DNA of 64,000 nucleotides from Sphagnum compactum (GCA_965153455.1 OZ234493.1:25348213-25412212); one strand, 5' to 3'; numbered from the stretch's first letter, positions 1 through 14,693 are shown. The notes: a model not told the origin generated them from the sequence alone. Program-made: numbers and translations.

Positions 1-2816
1 AATTAGTTCCGACTTATGTTAGAACAGATGATCGATTGAGGGCCGGCGTAATATTGCTGAACAATAATCATCCGTTTGCACCTGAGTTCACGCCATTCGA
101 AGTCGACGAGCTCCGATATTCAGGACAGCTAAAACATCTAGATACAATTTATAGCAGCTGAATATCATCTGCTGAAATAATGTTGCAGACAAAGGACAGA
201 TAGGGATCCAGAGGACAGATAGGGGTCCAAGCACGCTAATAGGAGCCAACAGGTGATTACTTGAAAAAAAATTGTGTGGATACTTGCGGCATCTATAACC
301 TGAGAGTCCAATAATTGGATCCCAAGTGCTGCTGTCATTAATATTGTTTGGAGTTTAAGTGCAGTGACAGGATCACACGGAATTGGCGATCACCTATAAG
401 CTAGCTGCTGCTCTAGTCTCACATACATTGTATCCACAAAGTAGGGGTGTCGTGTTAACGGATGGCCCCTGCACACTGAGAGTCGATGGTTATAATATCC
501 AGAGAATTGCAAACTTGTTACGACATGGGCCAGCTTGTCGCAGTTTGCGGTTGTCCCACCAATTGATTTAATAGCTAGCAGCAGCTCAGGCAGCTGCCTG
601 AAAGCCTAGGCTAGTTATATGGCTGCACATCATCACTGAACTATTATAGTAAGTACACGTAATTGGACGTGTAGCCTTCGTGCTGTAGATACTGTAGTAT
701 ACTGTGAGTATTTTCGTGTGATGCTAGTACACTACAATTGATGGAATTAGTCGCCAACTAGTAATCCACACGCGGAGGGCTGTCGTTTGACGGACACAAG
801 GGACGTTCTTGGCATTGATCCCAGCTGTCGTTTCATAACCCGCGAATTGAGACTCGAGGTTTCAAATGATATATTTGTTGTTGCTTTTGTACGTCGTTAG
901 GTATGTTATTGCAGATCTCCATGAGGGAAGACTTGTAACAAAGTTGATTTCCTAAGTTGTTGCTCTGGTTAACTGCTTGTAACGTTTCTCATGAGTTCGG
1001 AATTACACGAACTTGTTTGAACTTTCAACAGAGATAGCTTTTCGGTCGATCTAGTCTCAAAAATTCTTTACAATTTAATAATCTCAGGGTCTCTGATATT
1101 TCTCTTGAACTTGGGAAATCTTTTCATTAGGCTGCTGTGATCACAGATTATGTATTCATAGCAGCTTTCCATTAATTTTTTTCAACTAGCTGTGCTCATA
1201 GTCATCTCACAGCCCTATGCCCTATCGGCCCTGCATTGACCAATTGCAGGAGGTGTGAGAGCTGTGAGTCAATTGTGACCCACCATACAATGACATCTAT
1301 CTTTTTGTCCATGAGAACATCTTTTCCAAAAGTTTCTGACAGGATTATATATTTTCAACGCATATGCAGCTCTCCATTGGAAATTGAGTGACCCTGCAGC
1401 AAGAAACAAAGCCCTATGTGATCAGTGGCTTTCCAATAGGGTGCTGTGATCAGAGCACGCTGTGTGTAACTTTGATCACAGCAGCCTAATGGAAAGAGAC
1501 CCTCAGTACTGGACATCGTGCAAGCTTTCAAGACATGGTGATCATCAGACGTATACAAAATTGTGAGCTTTAAATTTTGCCCAAAAATTTCCTTGTCCGG
1601 AACTTAATTCTAGATAGATATACAGTTTTTGCCCAAGATTGAGAAAGGTCTGTAGGTTCAAGTGCAAGCTCAGCTAGTATACGCAGGGGCCCTCCCTGAA
1701 ATTACCTCGAAGACGTCATTTACCCCCCCCCTGACTCTGTACACCGCCTTTTTGTTTTGTCACAACCTATGTTCAAATCATCATGAACCAGGACGCAATT
1801 GGGTATTCCTGATTGTTTCTGGAATCTGCACGTACTCGTCTGCATATATGCATGCAGCATCTTCAAACTTTCGTTGAAACAACAGATTACGCCAGCTTAC
1901 ACTACTGCAGCTGCAAAGGTCTAGAGATTTTTCACGCAAAGCTGCGCGGGGCGGCCCCAAGTTTGTGCACAGTCCAAAGCGAGTACTCCAGAATCAGCAG
2001 CTCTTTTAAGATGTACCACGAGATTGTACTCCACTCTCGGAGTCAACATATTCCTTGTCCAAAGTTGCAAGCTCGAGTGCCACCACAAAGGCACCGAAAG
2101 GTCTCATCAAAAAGCTTCAACCTTCAACAAAAAAACTCCAGAGAAAAATTCAAGTCTGATCAAAGAACTCGTAAAATGCAGCCTTTGAGGATGCCCGCGC
2201 GCGGGCCCGTGCACAAAAGGGGGAGGGGGGGAAAGTGTTTGACAAACAAGCACTTCAAACTCGTCGCAGCACGATTTCACTTTCTCAACAGCATCAGCTT
2301 CATGTAGCTACATACCGCCGGGGATATGAGATACATACTGCAACGCAGCATTGCGTATAAGCTGCTGTGTCTAGACTTGCAACAATTGGCTCGTTAGACT
2401 TGGGTATAGGGGCTAAAGACTAATCGAATCATCTAGTAAGGACAATATTGGTTGAATTACATCATGCCACGTGCTCGAGCAGCTAAAAGCCCATGTTAAA
2501 AGGTCTTCATGAATCAAACTCCAATCTTCTTCCTCACAGTCCAATCTACTTCCTCCAAAGTTATCTCAAAAATCAGAGTGCGAGATCTTCTTCCTTCCTC
2601 AAAAGTCCAATCTTCTTTCTTCCTGAACCTCAAGGTCCAATCTTCGTCCTTATCTCATAACTCAAAGTGCAACCTTCTTCGACCTCAAAGTTGCACTTTT
2701 CGTGCTTACCTCATAATATTAAATCAAAGGTGCAATCTTTGGCTTTTTAGATTGCAGGTATGGTTCAATTCCAGCTTTGGAACCGGGCTCAAGTCTTTCT
2801 AAAAACAACCAAGCTT

Positions 2817-2843
2817 ATCATCATCATCATCATCATCATCATC
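2817..2843. repeat. (TCA)n microsatellite
   Basis: Direct reading. Confidence 0.95.
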
Positions 2844-3208
2844 ACCAAGTCTTTTTTCTTGTTTTTTTGGTTCCCCCTTGAACACTGAAGTAAAGCTTGG
2901 AAAGCATAAAAGATTATATATGGGAATTTCTACTTTTGTTTTCCATCTTCCCGCCCCCCTCTTCTCATCACTGAAATTGTATAATATATTTCTAAAGTGG
3001 TAATAATAGTGTACAGTGCTTTATTTAGATTGGGTCTTAACCAGTGTGAATCTTGTTTTCAACAAATTTGATCGTTTTTTCTCAACCAAAAGTTGCTAAT
3101 TTTTCTTGGAACAAAAAAAGAAGATTTTTCTAGTGTAAATTTGACTAATTTTGTGAAGCTTTTGGAAATATTCGCCCAATGACTATCACAATATTGGACC
3201 CAAAAAAA

Positions 3209-3209
3209 G

Positions 3210-3240
<31 letters not shown>

Positions 3241-3243
3241 AAA
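3209..3243. repeat. (GAAA)n microsatellite
   Basis: Direct reading. Confidence 0.95.
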
Positions 3244-4499
3244 AACTCCGGTCTTGATTGTCGCTATTGTATATATATGTCCATTTGAGCAGTGAGCAGC
3301 AGCTTTACTTGAGTGGGAAAAAGTTTGGAAAATAAATCATCGCGTCGCCGCCTTAATGCATGTCTGGTGTCTGGCGTCCACTGAATTGATAAGCTTTACC
3401 GTCCAAAGGAAAAAGCCATAAGTAAAGCCATAAGTCGTAGCTTTCCTTCATTTCATAAAGAATCCAAGTTCTTAATTTGAGGTGAAAAGTAGCCAGGATA
3501 AGTACGAGCAACACTTTAAGGGAAAAATGTGACCCCCTTGGGAAACCGGCACCTACTAGACTGGTCCTAAAAATTTCCCAAAAAACAAATTTGGGTTGGT
3601 TCTATACATTATAGATATTCCACCCCTCATACAAGTATTGTTGTATAATATTCAAATGCATCAAATTATAAACATAACAAAGGAGTTTTATGTAAGTGGA
3701 ACTCAATTCTTAATGCTTAGATGACTTTAAAATAATTAATACACTGAAAAGTAATTAATGCTTAATAAATCAAAGGTGGAGTTTACAATTTAGGAGGGTC
3801 TATTTGTGTCATAGTCCATAAGTAATGGTTATGGATTTATTGTTTGTAATGAAATTGAAGAATGTGCTTAGAACTTTGAGGCCCTACAACACTTTGGGAG
3901 TTCAAAATGGTGAAGGTCAAAAATCAAGGAAGGAAATATCTTTTTGTATGAAATGTTTTTTAAAATTGTAATTTTTTTCAACTTGTCCATTTAGATGTCT
4001 TGATTTATATTTTTCGAGACCTATCTTCAATAAAGGTGTTTAAAATAAGGTGACAAGATCTTGGACATGGAAAAAGATGTTACAATAAGTTAACATCATT
4101 AAAAGGTTTTTCTCGAAATTATGGACTCTTCAAATGGATTCTTAGTCAAATGTAATATGTGCTTTTATTATTGATTTGAACTTAAAAACCCATTATTTTA
4201 TAGCTAATTTTTAAATCATTTTTTATCATGTAAAAACACATTTATGAATGATTATGATGGAATCTAGAATTATAATATTTGAAAATATAATTCTTCTGAA
4301 AATTTTGACAACTTTTAATTCATTATTTTTTATGGAGATCAAAATATAAAATATAAAAGGACTGCAATAAGGACTAGGCCTTTTTCATTTTGTGTGGTAC
4401 ACCTTAAAAGATTTTCATTGTCTTGTGCAAGTGAACTCTCAAATTCATTTAATTCATGTTATAAATTTAATTTTAAATATATTAAATCTATCAAATTAC

Positions 4500-6480
4500 T
4501 AATAGTCTTATAACTCACCTTTGCATCATTTGGCTAATTTTTATTCACAAAGATTAATTTTTCAAAATTATTTGATTATAAGTGATATATCTCAAATTGG
4601 TGAAAATTTCAAGCTTAATTTTTTTTTAGTTTCAATTTGAGAAATTATAATACTTAATATCTATATAACTAAAAAGGTCAACAATTGAAAACATAGTTTT
4701 ATGTTGCCTACACCATTCCAAAAGACATTTGATATCTTTTACATCCACCCAATATTTATGAAATATCAATAATTATTGATTAACAAGCTCCTTTGTAAGT
4801 TTGCCGATGCCAACCACCATCTTTAAAATGTCCATGCTCCTATCTTCATCAATTTTGTAAACAAAGGGACTTTCAACTTCGGACAATGGATGCAATGATG
4901 AAAAGATTTCAAAAGCATAAAAAACAAAGATTTCCTACTCTTTAGCTATGGCCACCCCATGTTCATGACTAATAAAAGAAAATATCAATCTCAAATTCTT
5001 GAATTTAGGATCTAACATCAAAGCTAACCTATAATGAAGTTCTTTCTTTGTATCTTGTCAAAAAATATGAGAAAGAATAATCACACCAATGACCTCCTTC
5101 TTAATGTTTTTTGCAAAAAAATTCAACTCAATAATTAAACCAAAATCATCATCAACAATGGTGACCTTTAAACTAGTTTAAGGTGCAAGCAATAACAACA
5201 AAAAACATAATGTCTATTATAATTATGATATATACCATGTGTGTGCAAGGGGCACATAGCCACGTTGACCTTATGACCAATTTGCTTGCTATAACAAAGG
5301 GCACTAACTTCTCAAAATTAGAAGGCTTTTTGAAACATGATCACTTTGCTTGCAAACTTGCACAATTTAATCTTATTAATTAGAATGAACCATTTTGGAA
5401 TACAAAAATTGAAATCAATGGAAGAACCCAAAAAGTAACTTACATTTGCATTGTTTTGAGTTTTCTTGATTGGCATGTTCAATTTTTTGGGATTGAGGTG
5501 TAGTAATGCAAGCCTTTGCCTAACTTTTTAAACCATGTAATACATTTCTACAAATCCATTTAAGTATATTTAATTGAAACATATTTCAAGCCTAGCTAAC
5601 GACTTTTTTTTCAACAATTGCATATCAATAAGCCTTAAAGAAATTCATTGTGCTTATTTTCAAATGTCCTTTAAAAAACTCATAAAATCCACATGAAGAA
5701 AATATTGTCATTAATCAATTCAAGTTTCATTTTTTCAAAATTATAAATCTATCAAATTTTATTTTTACTTATATTTCAAAGAAGTCATTTTTTTTCCAAA
5801 GGTAAAATGTAAAAAATTATGCAATGAAGGTTCAATAAAAGGCCACTACAAAGTTTGAACATGGCAACTATGCCTCACAAACAGAGGATTATGACATTCT
5901 TGACCATTATTGACAATCAATCCATGTTTGAAAAAGTTACAAAATAATATTGAAAGTTGCATTCATGAAAAGAAAAGCTCCATGAAATTCAAAACTTTCA
6001 AACCATCAAATTTTCAAGAATGATTTAATAAAGGTATTTCAAGACATCAAATCAACAAATTGAAGTTTGATATTGTATCTCACAAAATCTCTATTAGGTC
6101 ATTCTTGAAATTTTAATGAATGCAAAGGATTTCTATACATTTCAAACCTTAACCCATGTGTGAGGCATATTTTATAAATATCTTCAAATAAGGTTCCAAA
6201 TTTAAACCAAATGCAAATTGTTTAAATAAACATAATATGAAAAAATGCCAGATGTCAAGCTATGATTTAATGTTTATAATTGTATATCCTGAACCATGGG
6301 CACAAACTCTCCGTAACATTGTGTAAGAAGGTATTATACATTCCATATCTATATACATCAAAACTTGAACTTCACGATATTGCTCACTACTAATAACAAT
6401 CAATTTTTTTTCCCCTCTTCTTATATTTCCATATGTTTTTGAATAGTTCATTATTATTTATGTCAATGTCAAATTGAATT
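4500..6480 (-). mobile_element. Decayed hAT transposase remnant
   Basis: Minus-strand 4740-4520 translates, with frameshifts, to KDIKCLLEW..HKTMFSIV..ISQIET..EKLIFVNKN*PND, the hAT C-terminal dimerisation motif. A CAH-like segment lies near 6300. Upstream extent uncertain. Confidence 0.65.
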
Positions 6481-7211
6481 TGAATTAATATAAATATCAT
6501 GAACATGAAAAGGCGCATGTTAATTTACCTTTTCATATTCACGTTGGTGGGTAAAAAAAAGGAGTGAAATAATTATAAAGATTTAGGTAATTATTAGGAA
6601 AGTTAGTAAGAAAAAAATGAAATAGTCAGGCTTGGAAATAAGATAGTTATCTCATGGATTGTTTATGGAATTGTTGAAAGACAACCATGTGAAGAATTAT
6701 GCAAAATCAATTTCTTAAGGACAATTCGTATAAAAATATATGCAAAATCTCCAATATAACATTTCCTCGAAATTTCTCATCATTGGAACTAAGTGAGACA
6801 CAATTTTAACTCTAGATTGTTTTGCCACACCCCCATGCAATAAAGTTCAACTTGGGTGTGGCCTTTCTTGGTCCAAAGACCAACACTTTGGCGACAAAAA
6901 TGTCAATCATTTTCATTTTAAATTAAATGATCTTGTTCTATCCCTCTTCTATTTAAATGGAAATTAAATAGTTTCTCAAAAATCATTTCTGAGCTTGACA
7001 TGTTGCTAGTGTGAACAATTGTAGACCTAAAAGTTATGACATTTTATTTGACACAAGGCAAGTCTGAACTCTGAACCAGTATTAGCTTCTTCCTTTCTTC
7101 TATAACTGGAGAGACAGGGTCATTGTGAAATTTGTGTTTCTGTCAAGGATTCAAGAGCACAATAGGACAAAACATGGAAGGGTAGGGGTTTGTTTCTCCT
7201 TTTCATCAAAG

Positions 7212-7233
7212 CTAAACCCTAAACCCTAAACCC
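7212..7233. repeat. Three interstitial plant telomere-type repeats (CTAAACC)3
   Basis: ctaaaccctaaaccctaaaccc. Confidence 0.85.
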
Positions 7234-10211
7234 AGCCCACAGGTGTCTGGCCAGCTCTTTGAGGGTATAAACATAACAAGCAGGGTATGTGTCTGGTTCC
7301 TAACCAATTGCCAACCTTATGTATCATACCGCACATCCGTTGTGAATAACATACCCTTGGACCCTTGTTGATAATTGGTCATTTTCTCAAAAACTGGCGC
7401 AAAGTGGTTCTGAACTTTGAAAGGCAACATGAGAACACCATTAAGCTTTGTTTTCAATTGTGGCAGAAAGAAAGACCCATTCATCAAGCATTTCTCATTA
7501 TGGAACACCAAGACCCTCATTCTTTTCTTAAAACACATTGCCAAGATATCGAGATATGTAAACCAGATTAAAAATGTGTCGTCAATCCTTTTTCTCTAAT
7601 GAAACCCATATTCAATAAAGGTGCCACAATTCTTTATGTTGGCTGGGGAAGAAACTCAAAAGGAAACTTTGGTTTTGGCTCTGTTTCACAAGCTCATGTT
7701 ATCAAATTTACAAAACGATTTGGTCAAAAAACTAAAGGTAGTCGAAGATGTACAAACTATATATATGTACATATATAGTAAAACAGAAAGTTCCTTGCAG
7801 ACACAATTTTTTTTTAATTGAAATACAATTGCTACTGTTCAATACATTATAGTTTTTCAATACCCACTCTTTGTGTGTATCTCTACATATATCAATTATT
7901 ATTATTTGTTTTAGACATATATAATTACAATGAAGGTGAGTTGTGAAGGAAAGAAAAAACAAGAGTACAAAATCACTAAAATATTTTTTAGGAAACAACC
8001 AATGTTGGAAGGTTCTTGATTTTCAGCTAGGTTCTAGGTCAGGGTTTATGGTATGCAGACTGGAGGTTCAACATTGCACTGGAACTGCCATTGCAACCAG
8101 ACCAAGCAATCAGCCTTATAAAACAATTGAATTAGAAGCTAAATTGAGGGTTCTTATCATCAATTTGGATACAACACAAAATTGAAATTGAAAATTTTTA
8201 AGCTTCTTACTCACCAGATTTTGAGGAAATTTTGCATAAAAATCTGCAGATTTGTATATATGGTTTTTAGTAGGTAGTGATAATATAGAGAGATGCTTAA
8301 GGGTTTTACCTTTCATATCGCCTTTATAGCCAAATTTGGCTAAATCTTTTTATTGTTGATCATCATTTTGGATACAACACGAAATCGAAAAATAAAACCA
8401 CACTAATTTGGCCCCACATTTTGGCAATGTCCCGTCCAGCAGGCAAAGGTTAAAACATATGTAGATTATGAGGCTGAGGAAGGGTAGGGTTTTTATACCT
8501 TTTCATAGGTATAAAGCTCCCTCCAACTCTTAAGGAGTACGCATTACTACGAATACAAGCTACCCTCCAAATACACTACAAATTTTCTCCAAGTGCTTTA
8601 CAGCGAGTGAATGAATGTATCTGCTAATGTTATATCGCAGACAGATAACTGCCTCAAGAAGAGTGCACTGTCAACAAGAACAAGTTCATTTTGATGTTGT
8701 TGTGATCCTAACAACCTTGGGGAAATTCCCCTGTGTTATTTTAGGCCACCTTACAATGCAAGAATTTCCCACGCCTGGAGCCATGTCGGGTTTTCCTGTA
8801 AGATCCCATGGCCAAGTGTCTACTCGGAGACATTGTTCCAAAAACACAGCAGACGCCAGACTTGGCCATCATCTTATCATCCTAGGTCCCCTTATTTTGG
8901 AAATGCTCCAACCTTGGGGCTTTACCCTAATGAGTACCCACCTAGACTGAAGTAAAGTACTCATCAAGGGGTTTTTCTTCTGCAAAATTGCACCAGGGTG
9001 ACAAATTATTTTTGGAAAATGGCCCCAAAAAAATTATTTCTAGGTTTTTTAATCACCAAATTTCAGAATTTTTTAACATATCATCAAATTCTGTAGTAAA
9101 AGATCTAATAGTTTAGCAAACAATACATAAGGTTGCTTTTTCTCCTTTAAATTATTTTATTTTATTTTTTTTGTTGGGAGCCAGATTTGCTTTCATAGTC
9201 TTATGTATGATCACCACTTTAGCTACATTGTAATTTTTTTTAAATTCTGGTTATTCACCTAAACCTGCAGTGAGCACCCACCTAAGTAATAAGTACCCCA
9301 CCTATAAATATGTCTAGATTCTGAGCTCTAGATGCTAGTCTGTAGGTAGGCTAACTTTTTGCAATTAAACTGCATTGTGGCAGCTTCTAAGTACGTTGAA
9401 AATAGTTATGAAGGCAGTGGCCAGTGGGATTCTCTTCTGTAGTTAAGATTAAGAACAAGTCCACACACACCCTTATTTGGCCCTATACCAGTGTTTATCA
9501 CATATACCCTAGGTAGTTAATTGTCAATGACCCCACTCACAACATGGAAGATTTGATAATAGAAGAAGGTTCAAGAGACAATTGGATTGCAACCACCAAG
9601 TCTTTTTCCCCAATTTTTCTATAGAAAACATTTGGAGAATTATATTTTCAAAAACTAGCCTTAACAATTTTAAAGTTGCACCTTAACAATTTAAGTGTGC
9701 AATTATAGTTGCACCTTAAGAAATTTTCTCACACAATAGGTCATGATTTAACCAGAAAGAAGTGGTTACATAAAACAACTAGAGAAGAACATATTTGAAA
9801 GCCATTAGCAAAACCCAGAATTTTTTCACTGCAGCATTGGAGTCCTAAACCACATAAACCTACAATAGTCTAATTTACACTAGAGAAAAACACATTTCTC
9901 CAAAAGTTTCCCAATCTGTCACAAAAAATCACTGGCCGCCACCTTCGCCAATCATTATGAGTGACCAATCAGAAGTAGTCCTTTTGAATTTACCAGGCCT
10001 TCTGGAGACCACTGAAATCACGCTGTTTGAATCATAGCTATTATCAAGCTATTTTTCAGATATCATCAGAGCTTCTTTTTTTAATAATAGCAAATTTGAA
10101 AGTCTATAAACTTACTATCACGCTATTTTTCAACTCTACTTCATCCAAAGTACAGTGTACAGGCCATTGTCCTGCCCTAATCTATGCAATGAAGAAAAGA
10201 TTTAAATGAGA

Positions 10212-10215
<4 letters not shown>

Positions 10216-10245
<30 letters not shown>
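10216..10245. repeat. (GA)n microsatellite
   Basis: Direct reading. Confidence 0.95.
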
Positions 10246-10248
<3 letters not shown>

Positions 10249-13200
10249 GAGGGAGGTAGAGCATCTGGATGTCAGAGCTGCATGGTAATGATTTTTAGTG
10301 GGCATGCAGCAATTAGGGCAGGATCTAGGAATGTGGGCTCAAGTCAGCGGACCCAGTAGCCGAGGCTGCATGATTTAAGTGGTTCTGTATGCATTCTCTG
10401 TATTAATGTATCTATTTTAAATGTGGGGTTTTCAATTGTGGTACTGTTCTGGTTCACTGTACCCGGGTTTGGTGTAAGTGAAGTAGTAGGCTAGTAGTAC
10501 TAGGTGAAGGAAATGGCTTAATTAGTAGCCCTTCTTCCCAGAAAACAAAAAAGTTAGCCTGGAGCAGATCCAGAGAACAACAACAACAAGAGAGAAACAA
10601 CAACAACAAACAGACACACACCATAAGTATGAAGTAGAACAGCTTGGTTTTGCAGTTCAACTGAACTGACTCCCTTTTGTAAGCACCTAAGAAAAACCCA
10701 CCAAGTGGAGGTGGGTTGCTTGCTTGCTTGCGTGCCTGCCAAGGAGATGATGATGGTGATGATCTAGGAGAACTACAGAATTTATACACTAATAAAGACA
10801 GCAACCGACCATTTTGAAGGACAGCTCTCTTTGAATTGTGTGTGCAAATTTTTTTGTTTGTCCTATTTTTTGGCTGAACTTCATAAGTTTTCATCAGTTG
10901 CAAATCCAAACATTAAATGCGTTTGAAATGTTGAGTGTTTTTATCTGTCTTTACTTTGGGAAGTCATATACCATAACACATACAAGTTAGTAATGTTGAG
11001 TGGATCTCATTTTCACATTAAGTTCTAACAGACTATATTGACATAAAATCAGTCAAGTTTTAGTAATAGAAAGGGAGAAATCAATTTCGATAAACAAACT
11101 CTGGAGAGAGAAGTGGCCCTACTCACAACCTCCAACCAAGATGAACCTGAGCAGAATTCAAGAGACGTAAAAAAATTGCTGGTTACAATTTTCAACACTT
11201 CACAATTTGCTTTTAGCTTTTTAATGTGTCCATCATGAATGTTTTAATCGTTCACAACTTCAAAGCTTCACCATAATCTACTGTTCAGAAGTTTGTAACC
11301 ATGCGGCTCAATGTGGTTGGTCCTCAGCACACAGTTTAATAACCTCGGACCTCATTTTCTGTTTCTATTGGCTTTCCTACCTACCAAATGTGCAACCCTC
11401 ATGTGAATCGTGTAACTCTCATGTGAATGAATGAAAAAAAAAATCATCCAAAAAATGTTGCATATGCATTGATTATGTCCATTCAGATGATGGATTTGCA
11501 TTTTGATTCTATCCATCTAGTCGCTGGATCTGTTCACTTTTCATCCATTGACACAATGAATATTGATCGTAGGTCTCAAACCTCTAAACGGTATATTATG
11601 TCTGGTAACTGGCTTAATGTCCTTGGTTACTGGAAATTTTCTTTGGCACCAACACACCTCAGCTATTTCCCATAACCAGCAACATCTCCCTAGGTACCTA
11701 GTCTAGCCTCCATATAGTACCAAGTAGCATATCTGAATCACTAAAACCTTAAGTTCCACCATTGTTTGCTGTCTCTCACATGCATGTACCCTATTATTTC
11801 AAAACTGGGTTTTCAAGATTTCTGATGTAGATGAAATTCCCTGAGATTTTACATTCATGCAGATTTCTGAATTTATTAGAAAAATGAGCCCACAAAGAAA
11901 TTACAACCCACTCACCTCTCTTAAAGAGCTAAAGAGACAGTACTTACAGCAGTTTCAAGAAGGAGATGTTTCTCTCAAAGATTAGCTTCAACTCAGATCA
12001 AAGTTTTGCCTTTCTTGGCCCCATACCCGACCCCACTCCCCCCACACCCCCAATTTCAACAGATAGCCCACACAATGATACTGCCTAGAGCATTACTTGT
12101 AACTTACCATCTGAGTCTGGCAGTTCCCATCATTTGTTCTGTCAAATGACATCTACTGCAAAATTAATCAAAAGTTTGTATGACATCCAAAAATCTTGCC
12201 AGTTTCATTTGTTGAGAAAGGAATTGAAGTACTTGGAAGAAAATAAAATTGCAAAATTGGATGAAATTCACGATTCCTTGCAGAACATGATGAGTGCTCA
12301 TAACTGCTGGCATGAGACAAGAGGAAAGGAAAAATAATCTGGCAAACCGGTCTATTTAAGTGGCCTGCCTTGTGGTGTCTGTGGTTGTAAGTATCTAGAG
12401 CAAATGCAGCAAGTGTACATTTTTGTCGCTTTTCTGATGCCATCACCGACAGTTCTTTACAACATAATAATAAGAGCTATTGCCTCCTCTGCAAGATCCC
12501 CATACACTTACTATATCAATAGGTAGCCTCCTATCATCATGAACTAGCCAACAATAACAACATCATTAATCATCACAATGGGTCACTCTTCTGGATCAAG
12601 CCTCAATTTTTGCACGTTCTATAATTTATTAATCCACTCACACCCATCACAGCTCTGTTGATGCTTGGCACAAATTCTCACATAATTATTAACTGTAAAC
12701 TGTCATGTCAGATTTCAAGGCCGATGAGAAGCAAATTCGTTGACTTGCAATGAGTATTACACAGAGAGCAATATGTGTAAGGAATTAAGGGCAGGTGGAG
12801 AGTATTGTTGTTCTAGCTTTTGGAGAGAACCTTCTTAGTGTCCCAGGGTTGTTTGTTCTCAATTTTATGATGTAGTCAAACTGGCAATCATCCACAACAA
12901 GATGTAGCCAAATCACCTATGAAAGCAAAACTCTTCAAGAATCTCTTTTTTATCTCGGCTGCCTGTTCTAGAAAGGTGATAACCAAGACAAGGTGGTAGC
13001 TGAGTTCATCTATGCATTCTGGTGATGCCTATATCCATTTTGGGGGTGGGGTGGGGTGGGGGGGGCGATACCAAATTAAGGGCCGAGGATGAGACATGAG
13101 ATTCCACCCCCGTCTTTCATGAATGGCCCCATCCATGGGCTTTACACTATGCTGTAGGTTTTAGCTTTCTTTTACATGGTTCTTATTGTTGGAAATAACA

Positions 13201-14693
13201 AATCTATGAGAGAATTATTAGAGATGAGTAATGCACATGTATGTAGAGCTAACTCTTCAACCAACCTTGAGATCACACAAGTTGTTACAAACTTTCTAAT
13301 TCATCTTTAAGGTTTGGCCTCGACTTAATAGAAGGTGAACATCTCATATACAAATGTTATTTCCCCTAGTATTGCATGCACAAAGTCATCATCTTATGCA
13401 AATGTTTTTTCCACCTAATTGGGGCAAACATCAAATGTAATGAAATAATTAACTAACTTGAAATCAAATATCTCATAGGTGCAAAAATTAAATGCATGAA
13501 ACATACATATCTCAAATTATAAATAACTTTGTAAAAATAATTTGATAAGATGTCAACATTTACTACTTTTTTAAAAAAATTAGTAATAGTGCTTGAAGGT
13601 CACCTATTGCTCACAATAAGGTCCAACCACCTTTTGCATTAAGGTATTTTAGAGCTAGTCTTTGCATAAAGGCATGGCTGACATGACTTGGTTTGTGTTT
13701 GCGAATTTCACAACCTGGCAAAAGTTGCTTTGAGAAATTTTGGTCATATCTGTTTTTCAGTATAGTTTCAACTAAATTTGCTGCTTTTTTGGAAAATTTC
13801 GCCAATTTTTGACCTCACAACATTGACAGAAGAAGAAGAAAAAACCTCTGATGTCCTTATGCATTTGTAAGGTGCCTGGGAGGCTAGGATGAAGATTATG
13901 CATTTTAAGGTACCCACTACCTGCAAATACAAAAGAAAAAATGAGATCTGGTTTCTATGTACACTACTTGTAACTATTATTGCCTATGAAAGAGGTTCAC
14001 CATAAAGAAACCATCCAGAGACTATTCTGTGAGTAGAGAGGGTCTTGGGTGCCAAAAAGTGAAGTTCAAGAAAAATATAACAACTCAGAGTTGCAAATGA
14101 ACGTTCATGAGAACCTGAGTGGCCATTTGTTACCTGTAGTTGCATTAATCGATTGTCACCATGAGCATAGTATGCACTCCAATTGTGCAAACCTTTGTGC
14201 TCACTGCTCATCTTGTATGTGTTCTCAAGATGTGCCTTGTGTTCTGCACAGCATTCTGAACCTAAGTCTCCAAAGCAGCTTGGGAAAAACCAAGGTTCAT
14301 CTATACAGAAAACTTAGGTTCATAAAGCAGTGAAGTCAAGAACTTAGCACATGCTAGAGAAAAAATGGAAATGATACCAGGGAGTAAAAAGGCTGGTCAA
14401 GGGAGGTCTTGAATCCAATACAACCAGTTCAGATCCAATCAGAAAAAAATTTAAGTCCCAGATAAATACAAATTATGTAACTCCTAGGTTTCAGTTAGCT
14501 GCACATTGTGAGCATTCTGAATACCATACCAATGCAAATCAGACTACAACCATATCAATCATCCATTCATGTCACAGTCCACCCAGTTATTATATGGTGG
14601 TGAAACTCATCATCACACACCATACAGCAAAACCGGACACAAATTTTGTACAAGCAGCTAGAATGGGTTACAACCCTCCAACAACAGACTGTC

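Noticed and set aside
1813..2307. 164-aa ORF
   Set aside because: Non-ATG start, no recognisable domain, no supporting exon structure.
13823..13845. ttgacagaagaag resembling the 5' end of miR156/157
   Set aside because: The match stops after about 11 nt and no complementary arm is evident.
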